A DNA stretch of 32,000 nt, from positions 11,540-43,539 of the forward strand of contig CAJNCE010000003.1 in assembly GCA_905221185.1 (NCBI GenBank), read 5' to 3'. A program made the translations under genes and the position numbers. Below are positions 9,193 through 15,669 of this stretch, in pieces (positions within the stretch are counted from its first letter, which is position 1; every line of letters starts with the position of its first letter). The notes beneath the pieces are model-generated. The model searched no databases and was not told the origin of the DNA. It saw only the letters and a program-made list of their open reading frames with translations. Origin of the DNA: a bacterium (GTDB taxonomy: Bacteria; Bacillota; Bacilli; Lactobacillales; Streptococcaceae).

Positions 9193-9579
9193 CTATTCGC
9201 TAAATCTTAAAAAATAGCCATCTGGATCCAAAATCGCAAATTCATGGGGATATATAAAGCTATCTCCCACTCGAAATTCTCTTTTTGTCAGGGGACGATG
9301 GATAGGATAGTCAGCTTCCAGCAGTTTTTGGTGGAGCTGAGGAACATCTGCAATGCCAAAGGAAATATTGACACCGCGCCCGAAAGGATAGGTCAGCTGA
9401 GCTAATTCTTCTGCGCTGCCTTCTTCTAGCATAAGTTGGCAGTCTTCAAGCGAGAGGAAGAGAAACTTCTCCTCTGGACGCTCGTATTCGACAGAAAATC
9501 CCAGCAAGTCGCAGTAGAAGTGGCGTGACTTTTCGAGGTCAGATACTACAAATTCAGGAATGACAGCATTGTAGTTCAT
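9193..9579 (-). CDS. VOC-family (glyoxalase/bleomycin-resistance fold) protein
   Basis: 128-aa ORF with N-terminal beta-alpha-beta-beta-beta signature residues (VSDLEKSRHFYCDLLGF). Lies 11 nt downstream of exoA on the same strand. Confidence 0.75.
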   Translation of the reverse strand: MNYNAVIPEFVVSDLEKSRHFYCDLLGFSVEYERPEEKFLFLSLEDCQLMLEEGSAEELAQLTYPFGRGVNISFGIADVPQLHQKLLEADYPIHRPLTKREFRVGDSFIYPHEFAILDPDGYFLRFSE

Positions 9580-9590
9580 AAAGAAACTCC

Positions 9591-10418
9591 TTATAGTTCG
9601 ATTTCTAGAATAATCGGTGTGTGATCTTGGCGAGATCCAGAGTCGATCATATCTGACTTGGTCACCTTGTCAGCGATGCGGTTACTTGTGAGCCAGTAGT
9701 CGATTCTCCAGCCTGTATTGTTGATTTTAGAAGTCTTGCTGCGCTGTGCCCACCAAGTGTAGCGTTCTGGAACATCGCCATGAACATGACGGAAGGTGTC
9801 GGTAAATCCAGTTGCCAAAAGGTTGGTAAATCCAGCACGTTCCTCGTCGGTAAATCCAGGTGAACGGCGGTTGCTAGCAGGATTTGCAAGGTCGATTTCA
9901 TTGTGGGCTACGTTATAGTCGCCAGTCGCAAGAACTGGTTTTTCTTTGTCTAGTTTAGCTAAATACTCAGCATATTTGACATCCCAGACTTGGCGTTCTT
10001 CTAAGCGTTTGAGGCCGTCGCCAGCATTTGGTGTGTAAACTTGGGTAACGAAAAATTTATCAAATTCTAGAGTGATGATGCGGCCTTCCAAGTCCATGGT
10101 AGAAGGGGCACCGATTTCTGGGAAAGTGACAGTGGGTGTGAGTTCTTTTTTATAGAGAAACATGGTTCCAGCATAGCCTTTGCGGGCAGGTTCTTGGGAG
10201 GAGCGCCACGTATTTTTGTAGCCTGGAAAGAGTTCAGCTAAAATTTCCACGTGTTTTTTAGTAGGCCCCTTGGCAGAAAGCTTGGTTTCTTGGATAGCGA
10301 TGATATCAGCATTTTCTGCCACAAGGGTTTGTAGGACTTCTTGGGACAATTTTGCACGAGCTGAGTCACTAGTTAGGGCAGCATTGAGGGAATCAATATT
10401 CCATGAGATAAGTTTCAT
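9591..10418 (-). CDS. exoA: Exodeoxyribonuclease III-family AP endonuclease
   Basis: 275-aa ORF with ExoIII/EEP motifs (WNIDSLN, IIAIQETK, GDYNVAH, SDH). The size matches streptococcal ExoA. Confidence 0.9.
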   Translation of the reverse strand: MKLISWNIDSLNAALTSDSARAKLSQEVLQTLVAENADIIAIQETKLSAKGPTKKHVEILAELFPGYKNTWRSSQEPARKGYAGTMFLYKKELTPTVTFPEIGAPSTMDLEGRIITLEFDKFFVTQVYTPNAGDGLKRLEERQVWDVKYAEYLAKLDKEKPVLATGDYNVAHNEIDLANPASNRRSPGFTDEERAGFTNLLATGFTDTFRHVHGDVPERYTWWAQRSKTSKINNTGWRIDYWLTSNRIADKVTKSDMIDSGSRQDHTPIILEIEL

Positions 10419-10451
10419 AAAGTTACCTTTTTCATTCAGATTATAGATTTT

Positions 10452-10460
10452 ATTATACCA
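10452..10460 (-). promoter_or_regulatory. Extended -10 (TGGTATAAT) of the exoA promoter, directly abutting the Tn916 end
   Basis: The reverse complement of 10452-10460 is TGGTATAAT, about 33 nt upstream of the exoA ATG. The position where a -35 would sit (TAGATT) lies inside the transposon terminus. Confidence 0.55.
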
Positions 10461-10486
10461 AAAAATAGCATAAAAATCTAGTTATC
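10461..10486. repeat. Tn916 terminal inverted repeat (orf24-proximal end)
   Basis: AAAAATAGCATAAAAATCTAGTTATC aligns with the reverse complement of 28471-28496 (AAACAAAGTATAAATTTCTAATTATC) at 20 of 26 positions. Confidence 0.8.
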
Positions 10487-10543
10487 CGCATAAAAACTGG
10501 ACTTATCACACTTTATCAAGGTCAAAACCACTCAATTTACTAC

Positions 10544-10565
10544 TAATTTACTACTTATGAATGAG
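10544..10565 (+). repeat. Two tandem copies of AATTTACTACT; Int N-terminal (arm-type, DR-2-like) binding repeats
   Basis: Perfect 11-mers at 10544-10554 and 10555-10565. The same 11-mer recurs at the int end (28334-28344). Confidence 0.7.
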
Positions 10566-10639
10566 CTTTGATACGACGATTTATCCTTGAAAAGTGAAGA
10601 TATAAAGATACTTCCAATAAAATTTGAATATTTAATAGG

Positions 10640-10673
10640 TAGACACTTCAAAAAATGAGGTGTCTATTTTTTT
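10640..10673 (+). terminator. Strong plus-strand intrinsic terminator just inside the Tn916 orf24 end
   Basis: Stem TAGACACTTCA (10640-10650) / TGAGGTGTCTA (10656-10666), 11 bp including one G-U. Loop AAAAA, followed by seven T (10667-10673). There is no A-run upstream, so it is unidirectional. Confidence 0.75.
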
Positions 10674-10699
10674 ACCCGATTTTGAAAGGAAGTGAACTT

Positions 10700-10774
10700 A
10701 TGAAAACAAAAAATCAAGAATCAAAAGGTCGTTCCCCACTCTTTAAGACCATCAAACATTCATTCAGCCAATAA
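10700..10774 (+). CDS. 24-codon small ORF with a good SD at the position of the Tn916 orf24 region (MKTKNQESKGRSPLFKTIKHSFSQ)
   Basis: AAAGGAAG SD (10686-10693), 6 nt from the ATG at 10700, stop at 10772-10774. It is too short for the ORF track. Coding status is unproven. Confidence 0.3.
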   Translation: MKTKNQESKGRSPLFKTIKHSFSQ

Positions 10775-10796
10775 AAAAGAAAGGATAGGTAAAAAT

Positions 10797-11111
10797 ATGG
10801 AACTTAAATTTGTGATTCCCAACATGGAAAAAACATTCGGCAATTTAGAATTTGCTGGCGAGGATAAAGTCGTTCAGCGAAGAATCAACGGACGGCTAAC
10901 TGTCTTATCAAGAAGCTATAATCTCTATTCTGATGTTCAAAGAGCAGATGATATTGTGGTGGTGCTTCCTGCTGAAGCTGGCGAAAAACATTTCGGCTTT
11001 GAGGAACGTGTGAAGTTAGTCAATCCACGTATTACCGCAGAGGGCTACAAAATCGGCACTCGTGGTTTTACAAATTACCTTTTACATGCTGACGACATGA
11101 TAAAAGAATAA
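10797..11111 (+). CDS. Tn916 Orf23-type protein (DUF961; HelP-like helicase processivity factor family)
   Basis: 104-aa ORF, paralogous to the next ORF (TFGNLEF / TFGELKF; VKLVNPRI / VELINPIA; HADDMI / KADDIV). The position matches Tn916 orf23. Confidence 0.85.
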   Translation: MELKFVIPNMEKTFGNLEFAGEDKVVQRRINGRLTVLSRSYNLYSDVQRADDIVVVLPAEAGEKHFGFEERVKLVNPRITAEGYKIGTRGFTNYLLHADDMIKE

Positions 11112-11126
11112 AGAAAGAGAGGAAAA

Positions 11127-11513
11127 ATGATGAGATTAGCAAATGGCATTGTATTAGATAAAGACACGACTTTTGGAGAATTGAAATTCTCTGCTCTACG
11201 TCGTGAAGTGAGAATCCAAAATGAAGACGGGTCGGTTTCAGATGAAATCAAGGAACGTACCTATGACTTAAAATCCAAAGGACAAGGACGCATGATTCAA
11301 GTAAGTATTCCTGCCAGCGTGCCTTTGAAAGAGTTTGATTATAACGCACGGGTGGAACTTATCAATCCCATTGCGGACACCGTTGCTACTGCCACCTATC
11401 AAGGAGCAGATGTTGACTGGTATATCAAGGCAGACGATATTGTGCTGACAAAGGATTCTAGTTCATTCAAAGCTCAACCACAAGCAAAGAAAGAACCGAC
11501 ACAAGACAAATAG
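11127..11513 (+). CDS. Tn916 Orf22-type protein (DUF961; HelP-like)
   Basis: 128-aa ORF, a paralog of Orf23. SD AAGAGAGGAAAA upstream. The ATG at 11127 or 11130 could be the start. Confidence 0.85.
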   Translation: MMRLANGIVLDKDTTFGELKFSALRREVRIQNEDGSVSDEIKERTYDLKSKGQGRMIQVSIPASVPLKEFDYNARVELINPIADTVATATYQGADVDWYIKADDIVLTKDSSSFKAQPQAKKEPTQDK

Positions 11514-11541
11514 TCGCTAGGTAGAAAGGAGACTTTTTCGC

Positions 11542-12927
11542 ATGAAACAGCGTGGTAAAAGGATTCGCCCATCTGGTAAAGATTTAGTCTTTCATTTTAC
11601 GATAGCGTCACTCCTGCCTGTTTTCCTGCTGGTTGTCGGACTGTTTCATGTGAAGACAATCCAGCAGATCAACTGGCAGGATTTTAACCTATCACAAGCA
11701 GATAAGATTGACATTCCCTATTTAATTATCAGTTTCAGTGTCGCAATTCTTATCTGCTTGCTGGTAGCGTTTGTATTCAAACGGGTTCGCTATGATACGG
11801 TTAAACAACTTTACCACCGTCAAAAACTGGCAAAGATGATACTTGAAAACAAGTGGTATGAATCTGAACAGGTCAAAACAGAGGGTTTCTTTAAAGATAG
11901 TGCTGGTCGTACAAAGGAAAAGATAACCTACTTCCCTAAAATGTATTATCGACTTAAAAATGGCTTGATACAGATACGGGTGGAAATCACGCTGGGAAAA
12001 TATCAAGACCAACTCTTACACTTGGAAAAGAAATTAGAGAGTGGCTTGTACTGTGAGCTGACGGATAAAGAGTTAAAGGATTCCTATGTGGAATATACTT
12101 TGCTCTATGACACCATAGCCAGTCGTATTTCTATTGATGAAGTAGAAGCTAAAGATGGTAAACTTCGCTTAATGAAAAACGTATGGTGGGAATATGATAA
12201 GCTCCCTCATATGTTGATTGCTGGTGGTACAGGTGGCGGTAAAACTTACTTTATACTGACACTGATTGAAGCCTTGCTTCATACAGATTCAAAACTGTAT
12301 ATTCTTGACCCGAAAAATGCTGACCTTGCGGACTTAGGTTCTGTGATGGCAAATGTCTACTATAGAAAAGAAGACTTGCTTTCTTGCATTGAAACATTCT
12401 ATGAAGAAATGATGAAACGTAGTGAGGAAATGAAGCAGATGAAGAACTATAAGACTGGCAAAAATTATGCTTACTTAGGTCTCCCGGCACACTTCTTAAT
12501 CTTTGATGAATACGTCGCTTTCATGGAAATGCTGGGAACAAAAGAAAACACCGCAGTTATGAATAAGCTGAAACAGATTGTCATGTTAGGTCGTCAAGCT
12601 GGCTTCTTTCTAATACTGGCTTGTCAACGTCCAGACGCAAAATATTTAGGCGACGGAATCCGTGATCAGTTTAATTTCAGAGTGGCTTTAGGTCGTATGT
12701 CTGAAATGGGCTATGGCATGATGTTTGGCAGTGACGTACAAAAGGATTTCTTCTTAAAGCGAATCAAAGGTCGTGGCTATGTTGATGTAGGAACAAGTGT
12801 CATATCAGAGTTTTATACTCCCCTTGTACCAAAAGGATATGATTTCTTGGAGGAAATTAAAAAGTTATCCAACAGCAGACAGTCCACGCAGGCGACGTGC
12901 GAAGCGGAAGTCGCAGGTGTGGACTGA
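11542..12927 (+). CDS. FtsK/SpoIIIE-family coupling protein (Tn916 Orf21)
   Basis: 461-aa ORF. Two N-terminal TM helices, Walker A AGGTGGGKTY, Walker B FLIFDEY. Confidence 0.92.
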   Translation: MKQRGKRIRPSGKDLVFHFTIASLLPVFLLVVGLFHVKTIQQINWQDFNLSQADKIDIPYLIISFSVAILICLLVAFVFKRVRYDTVKQLYHRQKLAKMILENKWYESEQVKTEGFFKDSAGRTKEKITYFPKMYYRLKNGLIQIRVEITLGKYQDQLLHLEKKLESGLYCELTDKELKDSYVEYTLLYDTIASRISIDEVEAKDGKLRLMKNVWWEYDKLPHMLIAGGTGGGKTYFILTLIEALLHTDSKLYILDPKNADLADLGSVMANVYYRKEDLLSCIETFYEEMMKRSEEMKQMKNYKTGKNYAYLGLPAHFLIFDEYVAFMEMLGTKENTAVMNKLKQIVMLGRQAGFFLILACQRPDAKYLGDGIRDQFNFRVALGRMSEMGYGMMFGSDVQKDFFLKRIKGRGYVDVGTSVISEFYTPLVPKGYDFLEEIKKLSNSRQSTQATCEAEVAGVD

Positions 12928-12934
12928 TCTTGCT

Positions 12935-12990
12935 GGCTGGTGTGGCAATAGCCACGCCAGCACTTAACCCCCCGTATCTAACAGGGGGGT
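12935..12990. other. Origin of transfer (oriT) inverted-repeat cluster between orf21 and orf20
   Basis: IR1 is GCTGGTGTGGC (12935-12945) / GCCACGCCAGC (12950-12960), 11 bp with one T-G, loop AATA. IR2 is ACCCCCC (12966-12972) / GGGGGGT (12983-12989), loop GTATCTAACA. The location matches the mapped orf20-orf21 oriT of Tn916. Confidence 0.7.
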
Positions 12991-13060
12991 ACAAATCGAC
13001 AGGAAACAGTCAAAAAAACATTAGAAAATCCTTTGGTTACAAGGGATTTACAAAATTTCA

Positions 13061-13101
13061 GCGTATGTCAAATGGGCTTTAAAAGTTGACATACGCCTTT
13101 T
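13061..13101 (+). terminator. Perfect 11-bp hairpin plus T-run immediately upstream of orf20
   Basis: GCGTATGTCAA (13061-13071) / TTGACATACGC (13086-13096), 14-nt loop, followed by CTTTTT. Confidence 0.5.
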
Positions 13102-13104
13102 TGA

Positions 13105-14310
13105 TTGGAGGGATTTTTACTGAATGAACAAACTTGGTTACAGCATTTAAAAGAAAAACGCTTGGCTTATGGACTATCTCAAAACCGTTTAGCTGTTGCG
13201 ACTGGTATTACAAGGCAGTATCTAAGCGATATTGAAACAGGAAAAGTCAAGCCATCAGAGGATTTACAGCAGTCCCTTTGGGAAGCTCTGGAACGCTTCA
13301 ATCCCGACGCTCCCCTTGAAATGCTGTTTGATTATGTAAGGATTCGCTTTCCGACAACAGACGTACAGCAGGTGGTCGAAAACATCTTACAACTGAAACT
13401 GTCCTATTTTCTTCATGAGGACTATGGTTTCTATTCTTATTCAGAGCATTATGCTTTAGGCGACATATTCGTCCTTTGCTCCCATGAACTGGACAAAGGA
13501 GTTCTGGTGGAATTGAAAGGTCGTGGGTGCAGACAATTTGAAAGCTATCTTCTGGCACAACAAAGAAGCTGGTATGAGTTCTTTATGGACGTTTTGGTGG
13601 CTGGCGGTGTGATGAAACGCCTTGACCTTGCCATTAACGATAAGACAGGGATTTTGAATATCCCTGTACTCACTGAAAAGTGCCAACAGGAAGAATGTAT
13701 CTCCGTCTTCCGCAGTTTTAAAAGCTATCGCAGTGGCGAACTGGTACGCAAAGAGGAAAAGGAATGTATGGGAAACACCCTCTATATCGGTTCATTACAA
13801 AGTGAAGTTTATTTCTGTATCTATGAAAAGGACTACGAGCAGTACAAGAAAAATGATATTCCCATTGAAGACGCAGAAGTAAAAAACCGTTTTGAGATTC
13901 GATTGAAAAATGAGCGTGCCTATTATGCAGTCCGTGATTTACTCGTCTATGACAATCCAGAGCATACCGCCTTTAAAATTATCAATCGGTATATCCGTTT
14001 TGTAGATAAAGACGATTCCAAACCTCGTTCTGATTGGAAACTGAATGAAGAATGGGCTTGGTTTATTGGGAACAATCGTGAACGATTAAAACTAACCACA
14101 AAACCAGAGCCTTACTCCTTCCAAAGGACGCTGAACTGGCTATCTCATCAAGTTGCCCCGACCTTAAAGGTTGCGATTAAACTTGATGAAATCAACCAGA
14201 CGCAGGTTGTAAAAGACATTCTCGACCATGCGAAACTGACAGACCGACACAAGCAGATTTTGAAGCAACAGTCAGTAAAAGAACAGGACGTGATAACAAC
14301 AAAAAAATAA
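13105..14310 (+). CDS. Relaxase/replication initiator (Rep_trans family) with N-terminal Xre-type HTH (Tn916 Orf20)
   Basis: 401-aa ORF from the TTG at 13105. The GGAGGG SD at 13107-13112 suggests the true start is a few codons downstream (TTA/CTG at 13117-13122). HTH is LSQNRLAVATGITRQYLSDIETGK. The remainder resembles rolling-circle Rep_trans proteins. Confidence 0.88.
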   Translation: MEGFLLNEQTWLQHLKEKRLAYGLSQNRLAVATGITRQYLSDIETGKVKPSEDLQQSLWEALERFNPDAPLEMLFDYVRIRFPTTDVQQVVENILQLKLSYFLHEDYGFYSYSEHYALGDIFVLCSHELDKGVLVELKGRGCRQFESYLLAQQRSWYEFFMDVLVAGGVMKRLDLAINDKTGILNIPVLTEKCQQEECISVFRSFKSYRSGELVRKEEKECMGNTLYIGSLQSEVYFCIYEKDYEQYKKNDIPIEDAEVKNRFEIRLKNERAYYAVRDLLVYDNPEHTAFKIINRYIRFVDKDDSKPRSDWKLNEEWAWFIGNNRERLKLTTKPEPYSFQRTLNWLSHQVAPTLKVAIKLDEINQTQVVKDILDHAKLTDRHKQILKQQSVKEQDVITTKK

Positions 14311-14352
14311 CTCAAATACAAATTCATTGAATATAGAGAGGAGAACATTTTT

Positions 14353-14574
14353 ATGAATTTTGGACAAAACCTTTATAACTGGTTTCTATCAAACGCTCAA
14401 TCACTGGTGCTTTTAGCAATCGTTGTGATTGGCTTGTATCTTGGCTTCAAGCGTGAGTTTAGCAAACTGATTGGCTTTTTAATTATTGCGATTATTGCGG
14501 TTGGCTTAGTCTTCAACGCTGCTGGAGTAAAAGACATTTTACTAGAGCTATTCAATCGCATTATTGGTGCTTAA
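14353..14574 (+). CDS. Small two-TM membrane protein (Tn916 Orf19)
   Basis: 73-aa hydrophobic ORF. SD AGAGGAGAA upstream. Confidence 0.8.
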   Translation: MNFGQNLYNWFLSNAQSLVLLAIVVIGLYLGFKREFSKLIGFLIIAIIAVGLVFNAAGVKDILLELFNRIIGA

Positions 14575-14580
14575 ATAAAA

Positions 14581-14631
14581 CCGTTCTTTTGTGGAATATA
14601 AGTGGTTTTCTTATGTTCCGCAAAGGAATGG
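14581..14631. other. Large imperfect hairpin in the orf19-orf18 intergenic region (candidate single-strand origin or ssDNA-active element)
   Basis: CCGTTCTTTTGTGGAA (14581-14596) pairs with TTCCGCAAAGGAATGG (14616-14631), 16 bp, of which 3 are G-T/G-U. The loop is 19 nt. Confidence 0.45.
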
Positions 14632-14690
14632 TACACCAAACGAAGTGCGGTAGGGATTTTTGAATCTCTACAAAGAAAGGACGTGAATAT

Positions 14691-15188
14691 ATGGACGATA
14701 TGCAAGTCTATATTGCGAATTTAGGCAAATACAATGAGGGCGAATTGGTCGGTGCGTGGTTTACCTTTCCCATTGACTTTGAGGAAGTCAAAGAGAAAAT
14801 CGGCTTGAATGATGAATATGAGGAATACGCCATTCATGACTACGAGTTACCCTTTACGGTTGACGAATACACTTCCATTGGCGAACTCAATCGACTATGG
14901 GAAATGGTATCGGAATTACCCGAAGAATTACAATCGGAGCTATCTGCTCTGCTCACTCATTTTTCAAGCATTGAAGAACTAAGCGAACATCAAGAGGATA
15001 TTATCATTCATTCCGATTGTGATGATATGTATGACGTGGCACGCTACTACATTGAAGAAACGGGTGCTTTAGGCGAAGTACCAGCTAGTCTTCAAAACTA
15101 TATTGATTATCAAGCCTATGGTCGGGATTTAGACCTTTCAGGAACGTTTATCTCAACCAATCATGGGATTTTTGAAATCGTCTATTAA
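14691..15188 (+). CDS. ardA: ArdA-family anti-restriction protein (Tn916 Orf18)
   Basis: 165-aa very acidic ORF. The N-terminal MQVYIANLGKYNEGELVGAWFTFP is characteristic of ArdA DNA mimics. Confidence 0.92.
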   Translation: MDDMQVYIANLGKYNEGELVGAWFTFPIDFEEVKEKIGLNDEYEEYAIHDYELPFTVDEYTSIGELNRLWEMVSELPEELQSELSALLTHFSSIEELSEHQEDIIIHSDCDDMYDVARYYIEETGALGEVPASLQNYIDYQAYGRDLDLSGTFISTNHGIFEIVY

Positions 15189-15276
15189 ATCTGTCGGTAC
15201 ATTACTACTGGCAGATTTTCTATTTTACGGGGTGGCTCAATCAGCTACCCCTATTTTTTATGAAAGGATTGATTAC

Positions 15277-15669
15277 ATGAAGAAAATACGAAGCTATACC
15301 AGTATCTGGTCTGTGGAAAAGGTACTGTATTCTATCAATGATTTTAGACTTCCGTTTCCCATAACCTTTACGCAAATGACATGGTTTGTCGTGTCACTCT
15401 TTGCAGTGATGATACTTGGCAACTTGCCCCCTCTTTCCATGATAGAGGGAGCATTTCTCAAATACTTTGGGATTCCTGTGGCTTTCACATGGTTTATGTC
15501 TACAAAAACTTTTGATGGTAAAAAGCCTTATGGATTTTTGAAGTCTGTCATTGCTTATGCACTGCGACCAAAGCTGACCTATGCAGGAAAAAAAGTAACG
15601 CTTGGCAGAAACCAGCCACAAGAAGCCATTACAGCAGTTAGGAGTGAATTTTATGGCATATCCAATTAA
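15277..15669 (+). CDS. TcpE-family conjugation membrane protein (Tn916 Orf17)
   Basis: The ORF track gives 15163-15669, but that N-terminus overlaps ardA. The ATG at 15277 (MKKIRSYTSIW) follows an AAAGGA SD. Two TM helices. Confidence 0.8.
   Translation: MKKIRSYTSIWSVEKVLYSINDFRLPFPITFTQMTWFVVSLFAVMILGNLPPLSMIEGAFLKYFGIPVAFTWFMSTKTFDGKKPYGFLKSVIAYALRPKLTYAGKKVTLGRNQPQEAITAVRSEFYGISN

Noticed and set aside
12897-13082. 61-aa ORF covering the orf21-orf20 intergenic region.
   Set aside because: It runs through the oriT inverted repeats. The open frame is short, lacks an RBS and overlaps the orf21 stop. The region is better explained as oriT.
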